Shown here in pieces: positions 38,208 to 48,050 of a DNA stretch of 64,000 nt. A model generated the notes under the pieces. That model had not been told where the DNA came from and did no database searches. It saw only the letters and a program-made list of their open reading frames with translations. A program made the position numbers and the translations under genes. This DNA comes from Waddliaceae bacterium (GTDB lineage Bacteria; Chlamydiota; Chlamydiia; Chlamydiales; SLFE01), in contig CAWAPJ010000010.1 in NCBI GenBank assembly GCA_963783885.1, positions 43,967-107,966 of the forward strand. Direction: 5' to 3'. The first letter of the stretch is position 1, and each line of letters opens with the position of its first letter.

Positions 38208-40538
38208 ATGAATATAAATACTGCTATTACAGATTATTCAATGGGGTCCACCTCATACCCGACCTTTAAGTCGAAAAGGAAAGGAAAATACGCTGGCCGA
38301 ATCCGCTCAATTCTAAACAAAGCAATTAACAAAAGGGGCGATGACAAGAATGTTCCGAAACAAAGCGGCAATCAGCCGATCATCAGGGAGAGTAGAAAGG
38401 TTACTCAAGAAAATACCTGCAACGTTAAAGCTTTATTGCAAGCTGCAGAAAAAGGGGATGTAAAGATTGTTAATAAATTGATCGAAGGGGGAGCAAATGC
38501 CAATGGAGCCTTTAAAAATGGTTTAACTCCTCTTTTCATTGCTTCCCTAATGGGACATATAGATGTTGCAGAGAAACTGATTGAAGCGGGAGCTGATGTC
38601 AATAGAGCTAATAAAGATGGATTCACACCTCTTTTAGTCGCAACCCAAAATGGACATATAGTTATTGTAGACAAACTGATTGAAGCGGGAGCTGATGTCA
38701 ATCAAGCAAAAAATAATGGTTTAACCCCACTTTTTGTTGCTGCTCAAAAGGGGTATGAAAATATTGTAGACAAACTGATTGAAGCGGGAGCTGATATTGA
38801 AAAAGCTAACAAATTTGGTGCCACCCCTCTTTTTATAGCCGTTCAAAAGGGATATGAAAATATTATAGACAATCTGATTGAAGCGGGAGCGGATTTCGAA
38901 AAGGATGACGAGAATGGCTTTACTTTGCTTCATATCGCCATCTTCTATAGGCATGTAAATGTTATAGACAAATTGATTGAAGCGGGAATTGATATCAATG
39001 AAGCTAACAAAGATGGTTACACCCTGCTTTACGTTGCTGTTCAAAAGGGAGATATAGATATTGTAAACAAACTGATTGAAGCTGGCGCTGATGTCAATCA
39101 AGCAAACAATGATGGCGTAAGCCCTATTTTCATTGCTGCTAAGAAGGGAGATATTAATATCCTGAATATATTAATTAAGCATCAGGCACTGGTCAATCCT
39201 ATAAATATTACCGGTTATAATCCTCTTTACTTGGCTGCGCTTAATGGGCACATAAATATCGTTGAAACATTAATACAACTTGGTGCCGAGGTTGATCAAA
39301 CAAGTATTTACGGCTTATCTCCTCTTTTTGCTGCTGCACTAAATGGGCATTTAGATGTTGTTAAAAGATTGCTACAACATGGTGCCGAGGTTGATCAAGC
39401 AAATATTAACGGGTTCACTGCTGTTTTTATGGCTGCTTTAAATGGACATGTCAAAGTTGTCAATCACTTGATTGAAAAGGGAGCTCGTATTGATAAAGAT
39501 GATGTTAATATCTCTGGAAAGTCAAAATTTGAAATGACAAAAATTAAAAAACTACAAGGATTAGGATACACGAATGAAGATGTTGTCCAGTTGAAGAAAC
39601 ATAATCTTATTGATCAAATTTTAGACAAATCAATCACCCAGTGGGGTTCCTTTGATATCGAAAAATTGAAAAAGGGTATTAATTATTTGGAAATTGAAAA
39701 TCCAGTCTACCAGGATTTGCAACTCTTTTTTGCCTTTGGAAAAAAGTTTTCATTAGATGGCTGCAAGGAAAAATATCCATTTCAATTAACAGACGATTGG
39801 CGTCATTATGTCGTTAGAAAAGAGGATTTCCGAAAAAAAAGAGGAAAGAAAATTGATCAGCAAATCTATGGTTCTTTCATGTACCAAAACGCTCTTATTA
39901 CAGCTGATTCGATTAATTCGCAATTTACCTTTCATCAATTGTTGGCTATTCTCGGCAGGTTGAGATATGACATGGAACTCAACTTGTCGAAAAAACCACT
40001 TTGCGAAATGTATGGAAAACCGAGGGGTGAATCCTATCGAACACGTCTTAATAAAGTATATATTGACGTGAATAGACAATTAAATGAGCTGACCGAAGGA
40101 AAAAACAATCCCTTTTTGAAAATGAGCTATTCGGATGAAGGCCCTCAATGTGTGACAACTTATGGAAAGCTAGGCAGTGGTTTCATCCCGCTCTCTTATT
40201 TTGTGCCAAGGGTAAAAATCTTGTATCATACGGCGCCCCAATATATCAGACCGATTCTTGATCATGTTGATCAGTTATATCAAGAGGCGCTGGCTATCGA
40301 AAATACCGACAAGCTCACCGAAAAGCTGGGTGAAATCTTTTGGTGGATATGCAAAGCCAAACCTTGGCAAGGGGGCGATCCTTCCATTGCGGAAATGCTA
40401 ATAAAAGGCATTTATCTTCATAAAGGGGTTAGGCCTCCAGCTTGGACAAAAAATCTGGTGCCGTGGGAAGAGGTGGAAGAACAGCCGGATGTGGAAAAAT
40501 TCGCGAAAAATTTCCATTCATTGCTTGATTTTATATAA
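38208..40538 (+). CDS. Ankyrin-repeat protein with C-terminal AvrB/AvrC-like Fido domain
   Basis: About 10-11 ankyrin repeats (GxTPL..A...G...IV..LIEAGAD); C-terminus HTAPQYI..ILDH..QLY..A...FWWICKAKPWQGGDPSIAE...F...F.SLLD resembles AvrB as recalled. Confidence 0.8.
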   Translation: MNINTAITDYSMGSTSYPTFKSKRKGKYAGRIRSILNKAINKRGDDKNVPKQSGNQPIIRESRKVTQENTCNVKALLQAAEKGDVKIVNKLIEGGANANGAFKNGLTPLFIASLMGHIDVAEKLIEAGADVNRANKDGFTPLLVATQNGHIVIVDKLIEAGADVNQAKNNGLTPLFVAAQKGYENIVDKLIEAGADIEKANKFGATPLFIAVQKGYENIIDNLIEAGADFEKDDENGFTLLHIAIFYRHVNVIDKLIEAGIDINEANKDGYTLLYVAVQKGDIDIVNKLIEAGADVNQANNDGVSPIFIAAKKGDINILNILIKHQALVNPINITGYNPLYLAALNGHINIVETLIQLGAEVDQTSIYGLSPLFAAALNGHLDVVKRLLQHGAEVDQANINGFTAVFMAALNGHVKVVNHLIEKGARIDKDDVNISGKSKFEMTKIKKLQGLGYTNEDVVQLKKHNLIDQILDKSITQWGSFDIEKLKKGINYLEIENPVYQDLQLFFAFGKKFSLDGCKEKYPFQLTDDWRHYVVRKEDFRKKRGKKIDQQIYGSFMYQNALITADSINSQFTFHQLLAILGRLRYDMELNLSKKPLCEMYGKPRGESYRTRLNKVYIDVNRQLNELTEGKNNPFLKMSYSDEGPQCVTTYGKLGSGFIPLSYFVPRVKILYHTAPQYIRPILDHVDQLYQEALAIENTDKLTEKLGEIFWWICKAKPWQGGDPSIAEMLIKGIYLHKGVRPPAWTKNLVPWEEVEEQPDVEKFAKNFHSLLDFI
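38574..39100 (+). repeat. 99-bp tandem DNA repeats encoding ankyrin units
   Basis: (A)AACTGATTGAAGCGGGAGCTGAT recurs with few changes at 99-bp period about six times. Confidence 0.85.
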
Positions 40539-40662
40539 AATTGAGCACCTATCGTTGGTCTTCGATTGTTTTTCCAGAACCTTTTCTTGCTTGCTCAGCT
40601 TGATTTTGAATACACTTTGCAGGTTTATAGTGTATATAAATGCTGTAGTGTACACTAGAGTG

Positions 40663-40849
40663 TGAGGTGGTTCCCAAAATTAGGACTATCTGCTAAGCTA
40701 ATATCTTCCTGAAAATCGGAGGATGAAAATGACCCGTAAACGTAGGAAATTCTCAGCTGAGTTCAAGCTCAAAGCTGTAACAGAAATCTTGAAAGGAGAG
40801 AAGACCGCTTCCCCATTAGCAGGTGGTCCTAATTTTGGAAACCATTACA
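40663..40849 (+). mobile_element. Internally deleted IS3-family mini-element (about 187 bp)
   Basis: TG...CA ends; IRs TGAGGTGGTTCCCAAAATTAGGAC / GTCCTAATTTTGGAAACCATTACA; SD plus orfA start MTRKRRKFSAEFKLKAV. Confidence 0.85.
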
Positions 40850-40870
40850 CAGTGTTCAAGGACTGAGAAA

Positions 40871-41787
40871 ATGAGTCTTATCGATACCGCTTCGAATGGA
40901 GGAGTCGTTCCCCTCCAGTATTCAAGTAAATTTAATGAAATAAACCATCTGAACGCGACTAATATTCATAGTCAGGGATTGTTGGGGCAGGTTTATAATT
41001 TTGCAAAATCGTGGTTCAAGAGGCTAATTATTTTGTATCAACATGCTATACAACAGTAAAGGAGTATTTGGTTGGAGTACCTGCTGAATACGTTACACCT
41101 GGCGATGCAAACAATAACTGGAAGGAGGAAAATAAAGGGCTTTACGTTGCTATACACGGTCTTAACGGACGTCCAAATATTTGGCGTAATCAACTAGCAG
41201 TATTACAGAAGCAGCAACCAGGTTTTGAAATTCGGCTACCCTATGTTCCTCAAAAGGGGAATTGTTCATTAGAAACATCTGTGGCGCCAATTGAAACCAT
41301 GATTAGGGACTATTTACATCAACATCCCGGTAAGCCTGTATGCTTGATGGGGGTATCTAATGGTGCACGTATTGCAATGGAATTAGAGGTTCGCTTGCGA
41401 GATACTAAAGCGTCTATCTTTATATCGAGTGTGGCAGGACCCTTCTCAGGAACAAAGCAAATGAACCTTATGAACGGCCTTGGTTTAGCCACCTTGCTCT
41501 ATAAACAAGTTGTTGTTAATGATATGCTTTATCAAAGTCACTCCTCCAACAGCTTGTTAAATCGCATTAGAGAATCTTTACTGGAAAACATTGAAAGAGT
41601 TTACGAGTTTTATGCATCTCCAGATGATTTCCAAATTAAGCCGTTTAGCGGCTCTTTGCCTGTTTTAAAGGATAAGCATGTGAGTTACTTTATTGTGCCT
41701 GGTGAAAACCACAATAGTATTGTCACAAAAGTTTCATCTATACAAGTGCAGAACTGTATGAAATGGATGAAACAGTATCAGGAGTGA
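40871..41787 (+). pseudogene. Alpha/beta hydrolase (lipase-like), apparent frameshift near 41020
   Basis: IHGLNG, GVSNG nucleophile motif, AGP, DD, ENHNSI; upstream frame MSLIDTAS...AKSWF joins EANYF after a 1-nt shift. Confidence 0.65.
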
Positions 41788-42192
41788 CAAATGGGGGTCA
41801 GTTTTTTTCTAATAGAAAATATATCTGACACATGACCTATAGGTAAGAAATCGTCATAGCAATTACCGCTAATTCTGGAACTGTACCAAATACCGCATCT
41901 GCTACTTGATACCCTGTTGGTCTATGGGAAATTTGTGGGTCGATTTTTACTGATTTTATCATTGTTTTAAGGGAAAATATTGCGTTTATCATCAATTTCA
42001 GGGGTTTGTAACGGTTTTGAGGGCCGTTCACGCTTTCTACATGCATTGTGGTAAAGGGAGTTATTTTAGAGGGGATTGAGTGAATAATCATTATTTAGAG
42101 GGAAATACTTTTAAAAATCAACATTTTGGTGGAAAAGTAATCGATTTTGAGATAGTTTACTGAAAAGTGATGAGAACTTGAGGAAGGCGGTT

Positions 42193-43709
42193 ATGTGGGA
42201 ACTTGATATTCCGAATGGAGCTAAACCAATAGGTTACCGCTTTCTTTACGAGCATTTTCAAGCTACGAGTCATCGGTCATTATCGCTGGTCCTACACCGG
42301 TCCTGGATGGGGATCCAAGGAGTTTAAATATGAACATAACTATGTTCAGCTACGCCTATATCCTAAATCATATGAAGTTGAATCAGATCCCATTAAGCAT
42401 ATAGAATTTGCTTTGAAACACGAGGGTCTTAACCTAAATATTATCAAACAGTCTTTCAGGCACATCGGATCCGAGAAGGTATGCGAATATGTAAAATCCT
42501 CCCCAACAGGGAAGTATGCTAGAAAAATTTGGTTTCTATATGAATTTCTATTAGAAGACATTCTTCCGATTGACGATGTTGGGCGAGGTTCCTATGTTCA
42601 CTTGGCGGATCCGAATGACTACTACTGTGGAAAAGACGTAAGGAGTCCTAGGCATCGGGTAACTAACAACTTGCTTGGGAATCGCCTTTTTGCACCATTG
42701 GTCAGAAGGTCGGCAAGACTGACTCAGCTTGAAGAGCGGAACTTGTCGGAAGTAGCGAGGAATATCACCAAGCAGTATGATGAATCCATTCTTGCAAGAG
42801 CTGTCAGGTACTTGTACACTAAAGAAACGATTGCCAGCTGGGAGATAGAAAGAGAAAAACCAGATAAAGCTAAAGTTGCTCGTTTTGTAGCATTACTACA
42901 GAGGGATTATTCTCGAGATCAGCTGACAAAAAATATGTTGGTGTCAATCCAGCGGGAGATAGTAGATGATCGTTTTGCTCTGGATAATTACAGATCGTTT
43001 CAAAACTATGTTGGGGAGGAGCCTGAGCCGGGAGAAGTTCTTGTCCATTACATAGCCCCACGGCCTGGTGATCTTCCCAATTTAATGGATGGACTGCTTC
43101 AGTGTGCTAATCGGATGTTTGCTTCGCAGGTTGATCCGGTAATTATTGCTGCTGTTATTTCATTCGGTTTTGTATTTATGCATCCCTTTGAGGATGGTAA
43201 CGGTAGACTTCACCGGTTTTTAATTCATTACGCACTGTCAAAGCTTGGCTTCACACCCCAAGGATTAGTATTTCCGATATCTGCTGTAATTTTACGTGAA
43301 GAAAGGGAATATGACAGGGTACTTGAGTCTTTCTCGAAGCCGCTATCTGAACTGGTGGAAGACTATGAAGTCAACGAACTCGGAGAGATGACTGTAAACA
43401 GTGAAACTAGCCGATTTCTATCGATACGTAGACTTCACTCCGATAGCGGAATTTCTATATCAATGCGTTGATCGGACTGTGCAGACAGATCTAGAAAATG
43501 AGCTAGACTTCTTAAGCAGGTATGATGTGATTAAGCGCCAGCTTAAGGAAGTTGTAGATATGCCCGATAGAAGAATTGACTTGTTTATCAGGTGTGTGCG
43601 CCAAAACAACGGCAGTCTTTCAACTAGAAAACGCAGTTCTTTGTTTAAAATGCTCACGGAAGGGGAGGTTAATCAGATGGAAAATATAATCAAAAAAAAC
43701 ACTCGTTAG
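42193..43709 (+). pseudogene. Large Fic-family protein with two +1 frameshifts (near 42257 and 43408)
   Basis: Intact HPFEDGNGRLHR motif; three consecutive frames join into a protein of about 505 aa. Confidence 0.85.
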
Positions 43710-43766
43710 TATTGAGCAGTTTAACATCCATTTCCTTTGGGGCAAAATTAAAAATAACCACAAAAG

Positions 43767-43793
43767 AAACCCTATCAGATATTGATAGGGTTT
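43767..43793 (-). terminator. Terminator following the displaced tmRNA 3'-end copy
   Basis: AAACCCTATCA-N5-TGATAGGGTTT, then CTTTT on the minus strand. Confidence 0.65.
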
Positions 43794-43978
43794 GATAAGT
43801 TTTTTGGAGGTGGAGAGACAAGTTCAGAACTTTTGATTGGAGCAAATTTCATATTGATTCGTTGCAACATTTTGAAAATCAATTACTAATATCCTCCACT
43901 TAAGACAATCCAATCAGAACTGAAGGAGATTATCTCAATTACAAAGGAAGATTGGAATCCCTAGTTTGTAAAATATCT

Positions 43979-44497
43979 TTATGTAGGTACATAAGGAATC
44001 AGGCCCTTTTCAAATGCTTCTTCCTGTATATGTTTAGGAAGGCGTCTTGAATCCACAATAAGTCCATTAAGCGAAATCATCCAAACCATAGGGCTGTCTT
44101 CAATGCGTTCAGGCAACATCCAATTTGGGTCCCATTGAGACATTTTCATCAATTCTCGAATTTGCTTTGACTTATTGGTCATTGTTGACTGCCCTAAGTT
44201 AAAATATTCACTAATGAAAGCTGATGAAACGTAAGGGGTTTGCGACTTATCAAAAAGAAAATTCACCATGCCTAGTGCATGAATCATCCCTGCAATCCAG
44301 GTGTTAATGTTTCCTTGTAGTAGAGGCGAGGGACGTTTTCTGCAAAGGGCCGCTGTTAGCTTTCGTAACAAAGAAATATAATTTTCATTAAGATGTTTTT
44401 CAGAAAATGCATCCGTGACTGCTGTGATATTCTCAAAGACATCTTGCATATTTTTAGGAACTCTTTCTGGCTCCGTAAGTTTTTTGATTCTGGTCAT
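43979..44497 (-). CDS. DUF6398-like protein
   Basis: LCRKRPSPL..G....W.AG..HALG.VNFLFDKSQTPY; DSRRLP..IQEEAFEKGLIPY. Confidence 0.75.
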   Translation of the reverse strand: MTRIKKLTEPERVPKNMQDVFENITAVTDAFSEKHLNENYISLLRKLTAALCRKRPSPLLQGNINTWIAGMIHALGMVNFLFDKSQTPYVSSAFISEYFNLGQSTMTNKSKQIRELMKMSQWDPNWMLPERIEDSPMVWMISLNGLIVDSRRLPKHIQEEAFEKGLIPYVPT

Positions 44498-44518
44498 ATC
44501 AAAAGCCTAAGTGACGTA

Positions 44519-45196
44519 TTAAATTCCATCTTCAGTGCCATCATAACCGCATACTCCTGTTCGAGGAGAATTTACTAACGGCAAAAAAGAGTGTTCATAG
44601 TCATAGCAGGTGTTTTTAATATTGATTTGGGTACACTTTTCACACGAATATTTATGACATATAGCACAAATTTGCGAGGCCGTAGTATTACAGTTCATGC
44701 ATTTATACATTGGAGGGTGGTTTTGAGCACAAAAAAATATTTGCTTTTTTACAGGGTATCTCACTTCATCTAATACTTTGAGGTTTAGCTCAGTTGTTGA
44801 GCCATAGTCATATATATGAGAGAATTCTGTGGTTCTGTCTAAAACTTTGTTTAAACTAATCTCCATTCCTGAAGAAAGTTCTTCTCCTTCTACCAACTAA
44901 TCTTCGTCTTCAAATCTTTCGTAGTTGATATTATCAATTCGAAAATGGCTTAAATGGCCACAGCACTCAAGCCAGATATCCCTTAAGAAATGGTCTAAGT
45001 CATCCAGCTTCCATTGCTTGGGAATCAAGATGTCTATCCAATACACTGAAGAATCAGCTCGGATGTATTACCAGTCATTAACAAGTTTTTGTTTTATTCT
45101 TTCAAAAACTTGAACTCTGGGTCCACATTCAAGGAAATGATGAAGACTGTCCTTCTTCGAAATAGATTTGGTGCAATATTTACAGCTTCCTTCCAT
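44519..45196 (-). pseudogene. pRiA4b ORF-3/TnpR-like Zn-binding protein with two in-frame stops
   Basis: LDHFLRDIWLECCGHLSHF, YDYGSTT, NSPRTGVCGY; TAA at 45068-45070 and TAG at 44897-44899 in frame. Confidence 0.75.
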
Positions 45197-45297
45197 TTTT
45201 CCTGCTGAATCTTAATTCATGTTTTGCCTCTCAGCATTTTAAAGATATCATGGTTAAGGTTCAAGATTTTGCGGTATTTTTTCATAGTTAAATGTGT

Positions 45298-45759
45298 TTA
45301 GACTGCGACAAGGTCAGTTGGAACATCAAATTCAAGAGGTTCAATCGGGTGAGAGTAATCGGCCATATGAACGATTTTGAAAGCTTTTCGGAAATCATCA
45401 TCTTTCGTTAATAGCTGGTCTAAAAGCCACAACCTTAAATCTCTTTGCGTAGTCAAATTCATTTTAGAACCCTTATTTCCTGTTTGTTCCCATTTCACAA
45501 CCGCTGGGTGTGTGACGCCAAAAAGTTTACCAAACTCAGACTGAGTCATTTCTAGCCAATTCCGAATATAACGAATTTGATTGCCTGTCAAGTCGGATGG
45601 ATGATGTGCAAGAGCTAGCAGAACAACCTTTTGTAAAACATTCAGGTCAACATCCAAGGTCCAAACTCCACGAAGTTCTATCATCGGAACATTGCGAAGA
45701 ATTACGGGAAAGCCTAATCCTTCGTAAACAATTTCTCTTTCAACTTTTTGTTTTTTCAT
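45298..45759 (-). CDS. XRE/HTH antitoxin (MqsA/HigA-like)
   Basis: LTGNQIRYIR..LEMTQSEFGKLFGVTHPAVVKWE. Confidence 0.8.
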   Translation of the reverse strand: MKKQKVEREIVYEGLGFPVILRNVPMIELRGVWTLDVDLNVLQKVVLLALAHHPSDLTGNQIRYIRNWLEMTQSEFGKLFGVTHPAVVKWEQTGNKGSKMNLTTQRDLRLWLLDQLLTKDDDFRKAFKIVHMADYSHPIEPLEFDVPTDLVAV

Positions 45760-46084
45760 ACTTTCGATGCCTCCCTTCAAGGTAAAAGGCGGTTATGATT
45801 AAAAGGTCTTTCTCTTCATCAAATGAGATAATGACTCTTAGCTCCAACTCATCTATTGTCTTTCCACGTATGGCATAATTCCAAGCATTAAAAGCTTCTT
45901 CAAAGTAGTCCTTGCTTTTTTCATGCCTTCCAGTTTTCAGCACATGGATAATTTCAGGTAGGGTAATGTTCCGTTCAGCTTTTCTCTCAATTGCATGAAA
46001 AGTATCTCGATATGCTCCCCTACTAATGCAATTTCTGATACGCTCCAAGAGGTGCTCAATTTTTTTCGGTCTTTTCGATGGCAA
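45740..46084 (-). CDS. DUF4258 (RelE-like) putative toxin
   Basis: TFHAIERKAERNI, YAIRGKT...LRVIISFD..LLIITAF; TTG start at 46084 lies downstream of the promoter. Confidence 0.8.
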   Translation of the reverse strand: MPSKRPKKIEHLLERIRNCISRGAYRDTFHAIERKAERNITLPEIIHVLKTGRHEKSKDYFEEAFNAWNYAIRGKTIDELELRVIISFDEEKDLLIITAFYLEGRHRKYEKTKS

Positions 46085-46100
46085 AAGAATTTCTTCCTTT

Positions 46101-46143
46101 TTACCCTTAATGTAACTGAGTGACATTTATTTGTCAAGGGTAA
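46101..46143 (-). promoter_or_regulatory. TA promoter with palindromic operator
   Basis: TTGACA-17nt-TACATT; AATGTAAC-N3-GTGACATT overlaps the -10; flanking TTACCCTT/AAGGGTAA. Confidence 0.65.
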
Positions 46144-46207
46144 TAGCGGAGCCGAAGTAGAAATATAATTATAAAACATTGAATATAAGGTGTATAGAAA
46201 AAATAGA

Positions 46208-46617
46208 TGGAGGTGGAGAGAATCGAACTCTCGTCCTTAGCGAACGCCATAGTGACCACTACATGCTTAGTGCCCTGTGTCAGATCGGTCTTGCTGCAGG
46301 GCACCCCACTAAGGGACCGAACGGTTTCTAGCTTTCTCGAACAAGGCTCTTAGAAACCAACCGAACCGAGTTCATACCAAGTGAATGACGACAATCCAAA
46401 AACCCCTGGTCCAACTTAAGGTTGTCGGGCTACTTACTCAGTTAAGATTAAGCAGCAACTAGAGCCAAAGAATCGTCTGCTACTGGAGCAAAGTCGCCTT
46501 TGACTACTTTAGATTCATTTTTAGCATTTATAGCTTAGCCGGTTTTTTTAGGAGGCCAACCGACATCCTCCGCATGCAATCAATACTTGATTCCCAAGTC
46601 GAAACCAGTACACCCCC
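46208..46617 (-). ncRNA. ssrA: tmRNA; tag (A)AKNESKVVKGDFAPVADDSLALVAA
   Basis: 5' GGGGGTGTACTGGTTTCGAC, 3' GAGTTCGATTCTCTCCACCTCCA; tag ORF 46525-46448 ends in VAA*. Confidence 0.95.
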
Positions 46618-46720
46618 AAAAGGATAGTTGATCTTTATAGCTAAATTATACCACAGGGGCCAATTATCTGAAAAGTGCGGCTCTTCTCAATAATCTTGTA
46701 AACCGCTACATTGACAGCTT

Positions 46721-47107
46721 ATGTCGGGAGTCCTTTCAATAGCAAGCATTGGAGTCGGGGCCGTTTTAGGGGCGCTTTTGCGATGGGGGTGCGGCATGCT
46801 CATGAATCCGCTGTTCCCTACTCTGCCGCTAGGAACTCTTTTTGTGAACCTGGCAGGCAGCTTTCTGATGGGAATGATGGTCCTCCTGGCGGCGGAACAC
46901 ACCTATTTTTCCTATGAAATGCGCCTTGCCATCATTACGGGATTTTTAGGAAGCTTGACGACGTTTTCAACATTTTCAGCAGAAGCCTTCACTTTATTGC
47001 TTAGACATGAGTTTTTATGGTTTTTAGCGCTTGGATGTTTGCATGCCGGCGGTTCTATAGCTATGGTTTTTGCCGGATATGCTTTGTGTAAATTAGTATT
47101 TCATTAG
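46721..47107 (+). CDS. crcB: Fluoride channel FluC/CrcB
   Basis: GALLRW, PLGTLFVNLAGS, TGFLGSLTTFSTF. Confidence 0.95.
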   Translation: MSGVLSIASIGVGAVLGALLRWGCGMLMNPLFPTLPLGTLFVNLAGSFLMGMMVLLAAEHTYFSYEMRLAIITGFLGSLTTFSTFSAEAFTLLLRHEFLWFLALGCLHAGGSIAMVFAGYALCKLVFH

Positions 47108-47114
47108 GAGTCAT

Positions 47115-47444
47115 ATGAAGGGAATTCAACTAAAATTCTACATGCATGAGTTTAGAAAGCACAAAGGAATCCTTCTCTATGAATGGCTGATCGAAAAAGC
47201 CAAAGAGCTGGGGATTCACGGGGGGTCGGCATTTCGGGCTATCGCGGGGTTCGGCCGGCATGGAGTGGTGCATGAGGAATATTTCTTTGAACTGGCCTCG
47301 GATCTGCCTGTGGAAGTTGTCTTTATCATCAGCGAAGATGAGGCGGAGGCAATTTTTGAGGTTATTCGGAGCGAAAAACTGGACATTTTTTATGTGAAAA
47401 TTCCGGTCGATTATGGAGTTTTGGGTAACTTTTCGGATAAGTAG
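47115..47444 (+). CDS. DUF190 (PII-like) protein
   Basis: LYEWL...A...GIHGGSAFRAIAGFGRHG, DLPVEV; usual crcB neighbour. Confidence 0.9.
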   Translation: MKGIQLKFYMHEFRKHKGILLYEWLIEKAKELGIHGGSAFRAIAGFGRHGVVHEEYFFELASDLPVEVVFIISEDEAEAIFEVIRSEKLDIFYVKIPVDYGVLGNFSDK

Positions 47445-47995
47445 TCCAAAATGGCCTGTTTGCCTGTCATATTCTGGAAAAGAACGGCATCGTAGATCCA
47501 GTGGCCGCTCAGTGATGGGGTGCGTCCCGAGGGGAGCATGACCGCTTCCTTCAATTCCAAAATGAGCTCACGTTTTTCTGGAGTGAGCGCCTTTTTCAGC
47601 TTTTCCATGTATTTTCGGTTGGATGAGATCTCCTCATCGCTTAAGAACCAGATGTCGAATTTCCAGGGAAGCTTGTAATCGCCGACGGCAAGCTTGAGCT
47701 GGAGGTAGTCTCCCTGAGGAAGTTCGGGTCTTTTTTTATGAAAGTTTCTTTCGAACCTAACTACTTCGGCTTCCGGTATTTGAATGAAGTCATAGGCTAG
47801 TCCCGCGATGGCGGTGGCCGGATCAATCCCATCGTCCAATCCGACGATTAAGTCGACGTCATTCCAGGCCATAAGGTCGAGGGCTAAGCTGCCTGTGAGA
47901 GTGACTCTGCCGTATTGGGACAAGGCGGCGAGTATGCCGAAGTCTTCAATGATTTGACTAGCCTCGTCTCTGAGTTTTTTTGCTTTGTTTGTCAT
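47411..47995 (-). CDS. Nucleotidyltransferase-fold hypothetical protein
   Basis: TGSLALDLMAWNDVDL, WKFDIWF. Confidence 0.6.
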   Translation of the reverse strand: MTNKAKKLRDEASQIIEDFGILAALSQYGRVTLTGSLALDLMAWNDVDLIVGLDDGIDPATAIAGLAYDFIQIPEAEVVRFERNFHKKRPELPQGDYLQLKLAVGDYKLPWKFDIWFLSDEEISSNRKYMEKLKKALTPEKRELILELKEAVMLPSGRTPSLSGHWIYDAVLFQNMTGKQAILDYLSEKLPKTP

Positions 47996-48050
47996 GGATT
48001 TTTAACTTTTGTGTTACTATAATATCTATTTAAATAAAAGGAATCCAGAA

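Larger units (their letters stand above)
43805..46221. mobile_element. Genomic islet integrated at the tmRNA 3' end, bounded by 14-bp direct repeats
   Basis: TGGAGGTGGAGAGA at 43805-43818 and 46208-46221; AT-rich cargo; no integrase. Confidence 0.75.

Noticed and set aside
38574-39100. CRISPR-like periodic repeats
   Set aside because: The 99-bp period lies in frame within an ankyrin ORF; there are no unique spacers and no cas genes
41790-42190. Possible ncRNA or small ORF (41837-42091) upstream of the Fic pseudogene
   Set aside because: No motif, clear RBS or stable structure recognised
42193-43709. Programmed frameshifting in the Fic gene
   Set aside because: Two independent +1 indels without canonical slippery heptamers, among other decayed genes; pseudogenization is simpler
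46640-46735. Fluoride riboswitch upstream of crcB
   Set aside because: TAAACCGC...GCTTATG is reminiscent, but the 5' GATGG..TTC.CC stem and the GATGAC..CT pseudoknot are missing; an Rfam cmsearch would decide
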